Below, piece after piece: positions 44,297-58,500 of a stretch of 64,000 bases of DNA. The notes beneath the pieces were generated by a model. That model searched no databases, was not told the origin of the DNA, and worked only from the letters and a program-made list of their open reading frames with translations. The stretch's first letter is position 1. Every line of letters starts with the position of its first letter. Location of the stretch: positions 1 to 64,000 of IMG/VR virus record IMGVR_UViG_3300024344_003209, one strand, 5' to 3'. Origin of the DNA: a virus. Position numbers and translations under genes: made by a program.

Positions 44297-45471
44297 TAGA
44301 ACAGTACGCTTTAGCTTGCGGCGCAAAGATAAACAAACCTTATATTTATGAGAAGTTTGCTCCTTTGCCATTTAACAACTATGTAACTTTTTCTCCCTAC
44401 TCTAAACCAGCAAAAAACTACGACTATTGGCGCGAAGTTTTATTTATGCTTTTAAAAGATTTTCAAAAACTTGGTGTTAATATAATCCAACTAGGATTAA
44501 AAGACGAAAAACTCATAGAAGGCTGCTACGATATGAGAGGTAAGCTTGATATAAACCAAACAGCCTACCTAATAAAAAGGAGCCTGCTCCACCTAGGAAC
44601 AGACTCTTTCCCAACTCACATAGCTTCTTCTTTCGGTAAGAAAATAGTCTCTCTATATTCTAATTCTCCAACCCAAAACTGTGGACCTTTCTTTTCTGAC
44701 AAAAAAGACACCTTCCTTATCTCAAGCCCGAAAGAAGGAAACAAACACTCTTACGCACTCGAAGAGAGCCCTAAAACAATAAATAAAATTGGACCAGAAT
44801 TTATAGCACAAAAAGTTTTTGAGCTTATGGGCCTTGAGGCTAAGATAAAAAATAAAACAGTTAATATAGGCCCTAAGTGGATTCATGAATTCATAGAAGT
44901 TGTTCCTTCTGCTGTTACGAAGTTTAGTAAAGAGGTCCCAAAAGATAGGCATATTATCAGAATGGACTACCATTACGATGTCAACGTAATGAAAGAACAA
45001 CTAAAAACAAATAAGGGCGTAATAGTAACTGAAAAGCCTATACCCATAAAAGACTTAGCGGAAGTAAAAGAAAGAATAAACCAAGTCATCTTTCTTGTAA
45101 CAAGTAAGTCTTATGATAAAAACTTTCCCAGAGATCTGGAAAAAAATAATGTTCCTAATTGTATATTTTCTAAATTAGAAGGAGAAGACTTAGAGAAGCT
45201 TAAGTTTGATATATTAGACCTAGACAAAAACATTCAAATAATAGACAAAAAAAGCAAGGAACTTTTGCCTAACTATGATAATCTAGATCTAAACAAACTA
45301 ACGTTTAGAAGCAGAAAATTTATTATAGAAGGAGATACTATTTACCCCGGTAAAGCCGCTTACATTAACAAAGTTAGTATTCCAAACTTTTTCACTAAAC
45401 CTATCCCAATAATCGATAGTCCAGAATTCTGGGAAGAAATGGATTTTTTCTGGATAACAGAATCAGTATAG
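44287..45471 (+). CDS. GT9 (heptosyltransferase)-like protein
   Basis: KNYDYW.EV, IIQLG and QTAYLI....LHLGTDSFPTHIA motifs. Confidence 0.75.
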   Translation: MHLVEQYALACGAKINKPYIYEKFAPLPFNNYVTFSPYSKPAKNYDYWREVLFMLLKDFQKLGVNIIQLGLKDEKLIEGCYDMRGKLDINQTAYLIKRSLLHLGTDSFPTHIASSFGKKIVSLYSNSPTQNCGPFFSDKKDTFLISSPKEGNKHSYALEESPKTINKIGPEFIAQKVFELMGLEAKIKNKTVNIGPKWIHEFIEVVPSAVTKFSKEVPKDRHIIRMDYHYDVNVMKEQLKTNKGVIVTEKPIPIKDLAEVKERINQVIFLVTSKSYDKNFPRDLEKNNVPNCIFSKLEGEDLEKLKFDILDLDKNIQIIDKKSKELLPNYDNLDLNKLTFRSRKFIIEGDTIYPGKAAYINKVSIPNFFTKPIPIIDSPEFWEEMDFFWITESV

Positions 45472-45482
45472 GTATATTTTTC

Positions 45483-45511
45483 TTGACTTTAAGTTTAGTT
45501 TGTCTTATAAT
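45483..45511 (+). promoter_or_regulatory. sigma70-type promoter (leaderless)
   Basis: TTGACT-17-TATAAT, 6 nt before ATG 45518. Confidence 0.85.
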
Positions 45512-45517
45512 AGTCAA

Positions 45518-46231
45518 ATGTCTGAAGCACAAAAACTTTCAAGAGACGACAAAGGACTTTTAGTCAACCCAACAATAGATTATCTTTTTAACGAAGATGG
45601 TAGCGTTAACTGGCGCAAGATGGTCCGTAAAGAGTTTTTAGTTGCAAACAAACAAAGAACTAATGAGACTGACGTTTCCGTGCTAGAAGACAGAGACTTA
45701 CTTATTTTATTGGGCGGCATTAAAGAGTTAGCTCAAATCAGAGGGTATTCCAATGTTAACTATACTGTTCACGCTGCAACGCAAGATTATTTTTCTACAA
45801 CTTGCACGATTGAGTGGATACCAAATTACGAGACAGATAATAAGATTGTTTCGTTCTCAGCTATAGCAGACGCTCATCAAGAAAACACATACAGCTTTGC
45901 TTCTAACTTTTTAGCCGCAACAGCAGAAAATAGAGCTTTTGTTCGTTGCGTAAGAAACTTTTTAAAGATTAACGTTGTAGGCCAAGAAGAGATGGGGGGA
46001 GGTCAAAAAACAAACAGGGCTTTCTCTCAAGCATCTCCTAAAGCTGACTCTAACCCAGCAACGCTTCTTCAGTCAATTATGTCTAGTAAAGGCATACAGT
46101 TTGAAGCAGTCAAAAGCAAGCTAGTAGAAGAAGGATATTCAGGCGCAGAAAGCTTGACCTCTGTAAATGAGATTTCTAAAAGTAAAACGTTCGAACTTAT
46201 AGGCAGACTGAAAAAAGCAACCGCAAAATAA
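45518..46231 (+). CDS. conserved phage protein, possibly a single-strand annealing protein (Rad52/ERF-like)
   Basis: GIKELAQIRG and ATAENRAFVRCVRNFL.I.....EE resemble SSAP motifs; start moved to ATG 45518. Confidence 0.45.
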   Translation: MSEAQKLSRDDKGLLVNPTIDYLFNEDGSVNWRKMVRKEFLVANKQRTNETDVSVLEDRDLLILLGGIKELAQIRGYSNVNYTVHAATQDYFSTTCTIEWIPNYETDNKIVSFSAIADAHQENTYSFASNFLAATAENRAFVRCVRNFLKINVVGQEEMGGGQKTNRAFSQASPKADSNPATLLQSIMSSKGIQFEAVKSKLVEEGYSGAESLTSVNEISKSKTFELIGRLKKATAK

Positions 46232-46237
46232 AAAACT

Positions 46238-46576
46238 CTACCATTTGTCAATAGGACATTTCTCTTGAGTAAAGTACGCTTTAAGCGGCACTACGCATCC
46301 ACACTTTTGGCATCTTTCTCCTTTGTCTGAAAACCAAGGGCAGCTTCTGCATATGGAAGTTCTTTTTGAGTAAAGTTCCTGTTTAGCTACTATTTCTTTT
46401 CCTTGTAAAGCTGCCTTTGTAGTATTAGCGATACTTCTTGTTATATTTTTCGCCATTTTGAATCCGCTAGGCATCTTCACTACTTCTTTTTTTTCTAAAT
46501 TTTTTAAAGATCTAGTTCTAGATGTACTTCCGAAGGAAGGCTCTTCTCCCGCTTTTTCTTTATACTCGTTAGCCAT
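46238..46576 (-). CDS. Cys-rich small protein (DUF6171-like)
   Basis: R..IC.SC......RC.KCGC...LK......CP..KW. Confidence 0.65.
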   Translation of the reverse strand: MANEYKEKAGEEPSFGSTSRTRSLKNLEKKEVVKMPSGFKMAKNITRSIANTTKAALQGKEIVAKQELYSKRTSICRSCPWFSDKGERCQKCGCVVPLKAYFTQEKCPIDKW

Positions 46577-49500
46577 TTTTCATCAAGTCGAACCTTAGTT
46601 GCTCATCACTAATCATAAAGACTTTTCTACCAAAAGGCGAACATTTATGAACACAAGGGCCTGCTTGGAAGTTTTGGTTAAACAAACCATCGGATCTTCT
46701 AACTATCATTTCTGTTTTGTTCGTACCGTAAACAGCAAGAGCCTGAGTAAATTCTGGCTCTATTTTAAATGTTTGTTTTCCAGCAGACGGATCTATTCTT
46801 TCTCTTGATGAAAACTCAAATTCTTGCATAGATGGCCCTATGATATCATCTCCATCAGCTAAGCCAAAATATTCTTCGTAACTTTGTACGTTACCTGTTC
46901 CACCTCTAACATCTCCGTCGGTGCATAAGCTGTGATAGCCTTGTTCCTTGTCGACTGTTCCTATCTTTTCGTTTTTACATATACCTCTAGTTTGCAGAAT
47001 TGTTCCATTTATGTTTTCTATCTTACCTAATCCATCTTCTCCTACAGCGCTCTTAAGGAAGCTAGGCGAAGGCACTATCTCAAATTCTGTCCATTCTATA
47101 GTTGTCTTTAAAAACGTAGACCAAAAAGGTTTTCCGCTTATCTGACACCCAAATATTATTTCGTTCTCGTAAGAAGTGTCTATTATTTCAGATCCAGCTA
47201 TATTGACAATAGAAACATCAGTATCCATAGTTTCGCTTGTAATATCATATTCCTCACTTGTATAAACTAGTTCGCCCCCGAACGCAAAAGCTCTTCTTTT
47301 ATTTAAGTTTGGCAAATCTAATCCTTTCTCTTGCGTAAGAACTTTTCCAGCACTATCTCCAGATACATCTCCATACGAAGCAGGGAAACAAAATACCCCA
47401 TTCTCTTCTGGTATATTTACCTTATTAGGCAGGCCTATATCTTTGGGAATATAATTTGCATCAAACACTTGATCTGTTTTAAACTCTTCAATATCATAAG
47501 TAGCTTTAGTTATATTTGACTTTACTTGACCCTGCAGCCCTTTAAAGCCGGAGAACCAAGCTCTCTTATATTTCTTTTCTTTATGGTCGTAAAAATCTAT
47601 AAAATTTTGCTTAGATAAAGCTTCGTATGTTAATGCTTGATAACTTTCATTTATTCTAACAATCTCTTCTCCTGCATTGCTAGGATCTTCCGGAGAGAAT
47701 GTCATATTAGCCATATCCTCTACATACCTATATTCATATTTTCTATATTTTCTTACCTTTGCGAACACAGGAACATAAGCCCCCAAGAATCTCATGTTAT
47801 TAATAGTTCTAACATAATTATTAAAGACTTCTCCAGTAACAGGAGACGTAGGATTAATACCAAACCCTTTAGGTAGGCTAGGATTTTGCTCTCTTGAAAA
47901 AGAACTTAACCAAGGTTGAGATTTATTGGCTATCTCATTTTTTACAACTCTATATTCCGCTATAGAATTATTATTAACTATTGCTGTTAAGACAGGTTTA
48001 GTTGGTTCTGGGAAAACTTCCTTCTCGCAACTGCCGTCTTCTTTTATAGTTACAGATATCTCTTGAGTAGCTTCTCTTTCGTCTGCTTCATATAGCCCTA
48101 AATGCTTACTGCTTTCTGTGCCTTGTAAATCGCTATATTCATCTTCTGTTGAAATTGCGTAAGATTGAGTATCTTTTATTTCTATGTTACGTTCGTTTAA
48201 ACTATCTTCTCTTGCTTTAATTTTTCTTTCTATATCTTCTACAGTGTTCCAGTTATCGCTTTCTGATACAGCATTTAAAGTATTAACATATTTAGTTAAT
48301 GTAGTTTTAAAATCTGCTATGGCTTGAGCACTTTCTGAGTCATCTACCCCAAAAGACTCCTCGACATATTCTGCTAAAGCTTCTGCCTCATCAGCTAATA
48401 TACCAAAATTCTCTTGGCATTCTCCCGTATCTTCTGTAATATTATTAACTGTGACATCGGCCGTCTTTACCCCTTTATGCTCTGAAAGCGATATATAAGG
48501 CATCTGACGCTCTTTATAGTCTATTGAAATCGAAGAAGCCTGAGTGGCAGTAGCCTGTTTACTTAGTGTGAATTGAGTCAAGCTGTTTATCTTTTCTACT
48601 CTTGTGTCAGAGGGTACGCCAGTTCCCGAGACTCTAGCTCCTAATATTATATTCTTTTGTCCATCGTGATTAACTAGTTTACTATTGTTAGTTAAATTAA
48701 AAGTATGAGTAAAGCTAGAATCCTGTATAACCATACTATGAAAAACAAAAGGAATATCGCCCTTCGCCCTATCTATAACTTTTTGCTTGCCTGCTTCAGA
48801 ACTTACATCAGAATATCCAGCCCCCGAGTCAGAAACCTCTACATAAATAACTTTTCCTGACTCAATATGAGCTATAGCTTTCGAGGTTTTAGTTAGTAAT
48901 CCTTTTTTAGGCTCCGGATCTTCTATTACAATGTCAGGAGCGACCCTGTAGTCAGAACCACCGGACTCTATAACTACCTTAGATATTCCTCCTACTGCTA
49001 TTTTATCTACATAGGATGCTTTTAGTCTATGGGAGAGTCTATACTTATATAATCTCTCATGAGGTATATTAATGTCGTAATTATCAGCTACCCTAGAGTA
49101 TTCATGACAACCAAAAAGACTTACCCCTTCCTTAGGAATAGATATAGAATTCCCTATTAAATGGTTCTCAGCGAGATCAAGGCTAAATATCCCATCTACA
49201 GACTCGCCTATATCAGACTGCCTTATTACAGATCGCCAATCAAAGGGAAGCCTCATTAACTCATTGCGTCTAAAGTGTTTTAACACCCCTTCGTCGTAAT
49301 ACTGGAAAGTCTCATTTTTTATAGCCATCCTGTAAGTGCCAGTAAACGAACCCGCAGTACCAGAAGAACCAGAACTTCCCGAGCTCCCTGAAGGACTAGC
49401 CCCTAAGGAGACTCTAAAATTTTGTTTGTCGTCTATCTCTATGCTTAAATTTTCCTTTCCTGAAACCTGAACCCAGCTACCAGACTCTAATCTCTGTAAG

Positions 49501-52500
49501 TTAAATCTTATTGACTTAGGTTTATTTCTAAACGAAGAAGAGCCATCGTCTTTAGGAGGCTCGAAACCGTTAATAAACCCTTTGACATGGTCCTCCGTTA
49601 AGCTAAAAGACAACTCCATTCCGCCGTCAAGTAATACTGGGTATATGTATTTAACTGTTGCTGGTAAAGGCCCGTCATAAGCTAGCCCGTGATCAGTTGT
49701 AGTACTCCTTAATAATTCATATTTTTTATCAAGACTAAATAACCTATCTAAATTTTCGGTATAAGAAAATGAAGAAGGAGTAAATAGAACGTGCTCTGAA
49801 TCTGCATTGTAATTATTTAAATTAGGTACTTGATAGTCCATATAATCAGCAGCTATGGTATCATCGTTAGTTGTTTTCTTTATTTGGTCAACATAGTAAG
49901 CTGACTCAGTTATAAATATAGAAGTATATAGAGTTTCTAGTAAATCTTTCTTTGCGTCACTAAATAAAAACTCCTCTGTGTCTTGCGCATCAAAATGAAA
50001 AAATGTTTCAGTGTTAAAATCCTTATATTTATAAAGTATTTCTATTTCTCCATTTTCACAGATAAAATAATCTAACTTCTTGCCGCTAATAGAAACTTCA
50101 GCCCCATTAATTAAAATCTTAGCTTCGTCGCCTTCGCCCTCTATATTGCCTCCATTTAATATATATCTATATTCTTTTCCTTTCGTTAGCTTGACTACTA
50201 CTCTAACCTCTTTGTTAAAAATACTTACAAAATCTATAGTAGTATTATTTCGGAATAATATATTTTTAAAGCTTGCAAATATATCTAAGTCATGCCAATA
50301 AATATTCTCATCCAAATCTATTAAAGATGTTCTAGCTTTAGTTTTGTCTCGGTTATTTCCTGTTAAGTCACTTTCGTTAGAGACTAAACCCTCAGCGACA
50401 GCAGATAACTCTAAGTTCGCTCTAACAGAAAATACATTTCCTTCTTGGGTGTATATATTATCTGAAGTTGTAGCAAAAGCTTCGGCTGTATTCGGGCTTT
50501 CGTAACTATCCTCATTTTCCTCGTCAGAAACCCCGACTGAATAATCTTTATAAGAAGGTCTTTCTAGATAAAATCTCTTATTGTTCACTATAATAGGAAA
50601 GTTAAGAGACGTATATTGAGTATCGTCTATTCCGTGATCGTATATTTTATTAATTACCGGATTCTGTCCCCTGTAACCATCTACTCTTCGCCCTTTGTTA
50701 TCTAGTTGAGGCTGCAGGTTGAAGTAGTTTACTATTTTGTATTTATTACCAGAGAACCCTGCGCTGTCTATAATATTAACAGCATCGTAAGTTAAATCTG
50801 TATTTCGTTCGTCGTTATCAAATACATTTAGCACTTCATATAAATTAGAGCCCTTTTCTTCCCCATCTGCTGCTACAGCAAAAATTCTTAAAAAGTACAC
50901 TCTCCCTGCTTTTATTTTATTAGGCCCAGATGTTCCTGCATCATGTTTGAATACTATAGCATCTCCGTTATCTACATTATTTAATCTTATAAAAGTCTTT
51001 CCATTATCAGTAGTCGCTTCTATATCGTTCCATCCACCAAAAGTATTAAGTTTTGCTACTCCTCCGGGTCTTGCTATGTCTTGATAAGATATTGATTCTA
51101 ACTCAGAATCTAATATATATCTAAGTTTAGCTTTGCTTGTATTATTTGTTAGGTATGTTCCTATTTTAGCATCTTTAGTTAAATCATTAAATACTATTTT
51201 TTTGTTAGTTAATTTTTTTAATCTAAACCTAACGCTACTATAAGAAGCTTTATCTCTATTTAAATTAAATCTGAATCCAACCATTGGGTCAGGCCCAGAA
51301 TGCACCCCAAAAGGAACAAAAGAATATCCATGATTATTTTTTAAAGACAAATGAGCTTTATGATTTCTTTGGTTTATCTCTATTTGATTAGCCTTCATGT
51401 ACTCATCAAGAGGCAGGAGTCTTTCGTCTGCATCTCTAACCTCCTTGCTTTGTTGTTCATATCGAGCTTTTATTCTGTCCATAGCTTTTACGCTTTGCTC
51501 TTCTGATATGGCTGAAGAAAAATCTTCATTAAGGCTTCTTACAACCCCGTCGGGAGCAAAAGGCGCACTGTCTTTATCTTCTATAGATAACCTTATTAAG
51601 TCGTGAGGAGCAGAATTTAACTTTAAGGAAGATTTTATCTTGTACTCATAAGCAGGAGATTCTATGTTAGACTGATTTCTTTGATTCTTATATCCAACTA
51701 AATTAACTCTTACCCTTATAACTTTTTCAACTTTATCTTCTATTGTTATCTTTTCATCCCCTGATTGAATTATTGTATAATCTGAAGCTAAGGTGCCCTC
51801 TAGCAATGGTATAGTAAATTCAAAATTTCTCGTGTGGTGCCAATTACCTTTTTCATATTCGTTAATAACAAAAAGACCACCACCTTTTTTATCTACTTCA
51901 TTAATATATCGCCCCTCTATATTTTTTATTTTTCTTCCCTGTATGAGTTCATAAGCAGCGCCGCTTGACACTTTTTCTTCTACCACCGCATTTAGAAAAT
52001 TATTTCTATGTTCGTTAAGAGAAACCTTACTCCAAGCGGGAGATTTAACAGCACTAGTGGGGTCATCTATTTTACTTTGAAATATTTTAGCAAAATCTGT
52101 TTTTTCGTCAGATTTAATAGAGGCGTCTTCAGCTGAATCATCTATATCTTCTACTCCGTATTGAGAAAATTTTAGATCAAAATGATAAGGCATATTTAGC
52201 TTATATTCAGTTAATCCAACACCTTTTATTTTTTCTCCGGGTCCGTAAACTTCTCCATTATACGTTAAAGTAACCTCTTCTGAGTAATCTTTTTGTTCGT
52301 ATTCCTTTTTATTAAAGAGTCTACTGAAATTATCTATTTCAATATTATTTAAATCATAAACAAAATCATAATCAAAAACTTCTTCCGACTCAAAAGAATG
52401 GTATCTATCCGGCTTAAAGCCTGATAAAGTTATTTCGCCTGTTCTTTCGTTAAAGTGAGAGCATTTTGTTATTCTTTCGTGGCCAGTATTGAGACCGTAA

Positions 52501-55500
52501 GCAATTATATCTTGCTTCATATCCCAAGGTATTTTTAAATACATTGGGCTAGTCATAGACGATATATCTTTCTTAAAAAATACATCTCTTTTCACGCCCC
52601 TTTGATTACTAAAGAAAGTAACACCAAATTTATATGCATCATTGTAATCTTCTATAGTTTGAAACCCTGTCTGGCCTTCTTTAGGCTCGTTTTTATTAGT
52701 GTTGAATATATTTGAAAATTTATACCTAGCTCCCTCATATTGAACATTAATGCCTCTCTTCTCTAATGTCCTCTCCATTTGCCATTCTTTTTCGTCAAAG
52801 TATGTTGGGTCTTCTATTAGATGAGGTATATCTAAATCTGTAAGCTTAATAAACCAATCTTCTCTTCTTTGCTTTCTTATTTCTGAATATGTTATATCGG
52901 TAGATGAAGTGAAGTCGGCTCTTTCACACGAGTAAACAGGAGAACTATAATTAATCAATTCATCCTCCTCGTTACTTTCTGAGTATTTTACATTTATTTC
53001 TCCATTTGAAATATTTGCTATCTTTAAATTATCAACACTTGCTACTTCTACATCTGCATTATGAGTTAAAATAAATACCTTGCTTGCGTTTGGAGTTATA
53101 GAGTATTTAGGTCTTACTAATTTTGTTCCTGCTCCCCAACTTCCAACTACATAAGAATTTTTAGAAAGTTGTAAATCCAAGCCTTCCTTTAAACAATCAT
53201 TCCCTGATACGTTTAAAAACACAGTTCCAGACTGTATAGTTCCCTCTACCTCAAATGGATCTTTAAATACTATAGATTTATTCGCATAAAGAGACTTTCC
53301 GCAATAAAATCTACGAAGAAACGTTCTTTCCTCATCTAGGATGTCTTCATTATATAAGTACCTAATTAGGTCAACATAGGATTGCTTTTTAGTAATGTTG
53401 CCAACCGCAGCTTCTCCGGCTTGAGTTATGTTATATAAGTTCTTGCCTGATAAAGACGCAAACCTATATGTGTCCTCATCGGCATCATAATCCACTGTTC
53501 CTTCTAGATTGAATTTGTATACATTTGTATCTTTTAGATTTCCCTCTATATCAAACCTATTATACAAAGACAAAGATATATTAGCTGACTTATCCAAAAT
53601 ATAATCAAAGTTTTTCTTTGGCAATAATATTTTATCATTCGCCTGAGACAACCTAAACTCATCCAGCCTACAGCCTATATCCACTAAGTCAAAGCTCGTT
53701 GAACCATTATTAGCCACGCTAAAAGAAATTGGGCCTACTGCGGGTATATTTTTTACAGAGCTAGCGGCATCCATTATAGAAAATCCATTAAAAGACATAG
53801 AAATAACAGAAGGAATCCCGCTTTTTCGGTCTTGATCTACTGTATCGCTAGAAATAAAAGGAATAAAGTCAGCGCTAAAAAACTGCGGAACGCTGAAAGA
53901 TCTAATGACTTGATCATTAAATAAAATAGCCTGTTTCTCGTATAACCCTTTGTCTAAATTTACTGTACCGTCTTTAATCTGCTTTATTAATCTATGTACG
54001 TTGTCTTTGTTTTTTAATACTAGAGCAGCAGAGCTAACTAGCATGTGCTTATCTTTATCTACTTGCAAGGTTTGGCTACTACCTATCAGCTTAAGGCCAA
54101 GGTTTGCTCCTGAGTTATTTATTATGTTTGTTTGTGGTATTTCATTATTTATAATAAAACTTGAGCTCTGCCTAGTCACGGTGAAAGCCTTTAAATCTTT
54201 CCTATAAATGCCCCTCTCTACTACTGTGCAATCAGAAGGGCCAGAAGATGCGAAAGCGTTTGAAGCATAACTTATTTTTATAAACTTACCCGACGCTAAT
54301 GTTGTGTTAAAAACCGCAGACCCTTCAGGAGAGGTTATCTGTATTGAGTCTCTAGATCCATTTATTATTATAAAATCAAAATCTCTTGTTATTAACTTTC
54401 TTCTCGGTAAGGATATGTTAGTGTTATCTGCTACAGATATTATAGCTCTATTTTTTTGTTCGCCATCTACTGAGGAATCAGAGAACAAAGCTTTAGATTC
54501 TTTTATTTTTAATAACTTTGCATCTCTTAAATCTACATTAACTAAATTTGATTGATAAACTTCTACTTCCGATTTTTCTCCTATGTCTCCTAGATTAATA
54601 TCGCCATTTATATAAAAAGCAGAGAACCCAGTATCATTGTAAGCAGAAAAGTTTGGCGAAAGCAGCTCTGCTACAGAAAACTGCAAAGCTTTATTTTTTG
54701 GCAACAAAGCAGGAGTTAAATCCTGATCGTAATATTTATCAAACCTACCGCCACTGTGAGTAAAAGATCTGTAAGCCCCTCTAGACGGTATAATTTTTTC
54801 ATTGATAAACGACTGCAAATGAGAAGAGAGAACAGCCGATTCAGCTCCACCGTTACCATCATAACCCTTAGCTGTAACAGACACATCCTCATATACAGTA
54901 TTGACTAAATTAAGTTTAACCAAACCCTCTTCCCCCACTCCCATGATCTTATAAATTGATTCATCGGCATGAGAAAAGTCTGTTTCGTCAGGAAGGACTA
55001 AGTAATCATTTATTTTCTTTGAGTCCGCAACGCTTAGACCTTCGTAATAAAAACCAATAGTAATTGGGCATTGAATACCAAATATGTTATATTTTTTCTC
55101 AGAATTTAAGTCTGCAGAAGAATAAACAAAGTCATCAGAAGTGTTTGCTGGATCAGTATCTTGCTCTATCTCTATATAGGTAAAGTATTCTCCAGAGTCG
55201 TCATCAAAAGCAAATTGAGCCAGTTCAGCAGTATAAAATTTAGAGGAATGCAATTTACCTTCAGAAGTTAAGTTCTCTATACCGTAGCTATCTGCTGATT
55301 CATAATTTATATTAACATTAATTGGCTCTTTAGATATATTAGATATAAAGAATTTTGTGTTTTCATCATACGCAGCTTTACCATAGTCATCCCCTATATT
55401 ACTTGAGACGTATGGCCTTAAGAAATTAATATCTCCATCTACTAAAATCTTCTTATTGTGATGTATGCTATGGTCAATAATTATATCGCCGGGTTTCATT

Positions 55501-58500
55501 ATGAAAAACTCAGCCGTCGATCCTTTTGTGACTTTAGCTATTTTGCTATCTTCGTCTATATCAAAAGTATAACCATTAACTTCATTAACATTAAACAAAG
55601 TATGATTTGTTGGATCACCGTAATTATTTTTGTCATTTATGAATGCAACTGAATCTGAGTTTAAAGTAAACCCTGTAGTATTATTAAAATTTTCAACCCT
55701 AACAGGCCTATCATGAAGATTAACAACAGCTACCTTACCACCATTAGAGCCAACTAAATCTTCTAGGTTAGCCCAATTATTTGGTAAAACTATTTTTAAA
55801 TCATCGCTATGCTCATCTGGCTTAAAGAATATAAAATTATGTTCAAGTCCTGAATCATCAGCCTTACTCAAATATTTTCTGTCTAATACGTGAAGCTCAT
55901 TTTTTGGATAGTATATTATATCGCTAGCGTTAGCAACGGTAGAGTTTTGATCCTGCTCAACAAACGTGCCACCGCTAGTGTGTTTTGCAACTCTGTTCTT
56001 TTTAATTTCATACTTAGCGTTATTATTAGTGTTAGATATAGCGACTTTACTTAAGCCCGCATTTATATAATAATCACCATCAAAATTAGAATCAGACAAG
56101 TCTGCCTTAGCATGAAACTTACCACTTAAAAATACAGTATCCTTACCTTGAAGGCTCTCTACAGAGCAGGTATCAGTGCTGCCATCCTCTGTGTACCCTG
56201 TTACGTAATGAACGCCGGAAGGAGTACTACTGCCACTTGTGTATACGTTAGAGTAATGCTGTTGCAATGATGCAGTTTTATTTATTTCTAGAGACTCAAT
56301 TAGCTGAACATTGTCAGAGAAAGTCTTTATAGCTTCCGCAGGGGCGTTATTAACTATGTCTAAACTAGAAGTGTCAATATTGTTTACATAAAAGGTATCA
56401 GTCAACCTTGAGTCCTCTTTTTCCAACCTTTCGTTAGTACTTAGAGCAGAATCTAAGTAAAGCTCTATATTATTACCATCTAAAACTTTTACAAAATATG
56501 TTTGCTTTCTAGATTCAGAAGAATCATCATCTGCAGAAATAGTCAAGCTGAACTCAGTAGCGGTTTCTGTAGAAAGGCCTGTTTTATTTCCAAAGAAATC
56601 GTACATCTTAGTTGTACCTTTTATATAAGCAAAAAGCCTATTTACCTCTACGTCGCCAGCCACTAACTTCCTAGAGCTAGTGTTTAAACCTAAAACATCA
56701 GAAAAACTATAAGGATAATCAAAGTTGGTTTTAATTAATTTGTAATCCGCCCCTCTATAGTAAGTAAAGTAATATGCACCACTAAGATAACAAAGAACGC
56801 TATCACCATCAGAGAAGCCTTGTGGGTTCTGCGGGGAAGTCTGGTTATGGTAATCATCCGGATCTCCAGCATAATAATGATCTGCTACTATAACCTTTTC
56901 GCAATTAAAAGTCAACTTTTGATATGTAGTCAAACCATGGTTTTTAAAATTAAATTTATTAGTACTAAAAGACAGGTATTCAATAAATTCACCTTCAGCA
57001 TTAAACATTGTTTCCATGTTTTTCTGCGAGTACTTGTGCTCTTTTTTTGTATAAATGTCTTTTTTAATCGCCGACTCTAAATATACATTATCTACTGATC
57101 CATCTAAAACAACAAAGTCGCCATCAGATAAATCTTGTGAATGATTTTGCGTCTTATTAGTATATACAAAATTATTATAATCAGTTTCTTTTCTTTCCGA
57201 CTTATCGTACAAAAAGTTAGTAGAACTAAATTCTGCAACTTCTGATATATCAAGCAAAACATCACGAGAAGAAGATTCTGCAGGTAAGGAAGCTTTAGCT
57301 CTAGTTTTAGCTAGATTGCAAAACACTAAATCAAACGGGTGATCATAAGTGTTGTCATTGATCGTAGGTAACTCAAGACCTAGGTCTTCGCTTCTGTTCA
57401 CTATCACTTTTTCCCCAGTCGAAGAAGGTTGATCAAATTTATACCTATCTGACTGGTCTAGCTCTTCGATCACAAAAGTAAATTGATTTTTACTTCTTAT
57501 AGATATAACTCTTTCTTTTGACAGCGGGGTATTATAGTAAAATCCAATCTCATCACCATACTTATCCACAAACTTAACCGACTCATCATCGGAAGATAAA
57601 CCAATCAAAACATCCTCATCGACGTCTTTTTTAGAAGTAACAAAAATTTCAAAATTACTATCGTATCTATCAGAGGCGAACTTAAAGTCTATTGAGCCAC
57701 CTTGACCTGAGTAGGAATATACTCCCTGAAAGTCCTCATTGCTAACTGAGACCTCGTTAAAAACTATAGGTTTTATATCTTTAAACTCGAAGTCAGACCC
57801 ATTAAATTTAATTCTAGTGCCAAGACTATTGCTTGGGGCAGTGTACTTCAAGACTCCATTTATAAAAATTCTCATCACAGGAGTAATCCAGTCCTCCCTG
57901 CTACCCTCTATATTAAAATTTTCTATTTGATTTCTAACTACATTTACGTATCTACCACTAGCTATAGTCCCTGTTATTTTTATGTCTACGTCTTCGTTGT
58001 GAACTATAGTGTTACCTGCAGATGCGAAATGAGAACTAGTTAAATTTAATTGATTATAGCTTACTACTTCGATATCACTTGCCGCCCAGTTGTTATTATT
58101 ATAAGTAAATTTTCTAGCTGCTTTGGGTGGTATATAATCTGTCAGTTTAGAGTTAACTGTATGACTAGAATTTTCTGCTAAAACTTTAGTCTCGTAATTA
58201 GTTGCGTTAAGGAAAGTTATATGCTGGCTGTTAGATAAGTTGTTTGGTAATATTAAATCTGCACTGCAATCAATAACCCCTGTTATGTTAGCATCATCGT
58301 TTGTCAGCTTTATCTTGTCGTGCTCCATTATTATAGCATTGCTATCTACGCTACCATTAGTAACACTAAGAGAACTAGTCGAAAGATTGATCACTTTATT
58401 AGTGCTGCCGCCAGCTATCGTAACTTTAGAGCAATCTTCTACGACAACTGGGTCATTTGTATCTGTTATTGTGGCAACAGGAATAGGTGTTTCTACGCTT

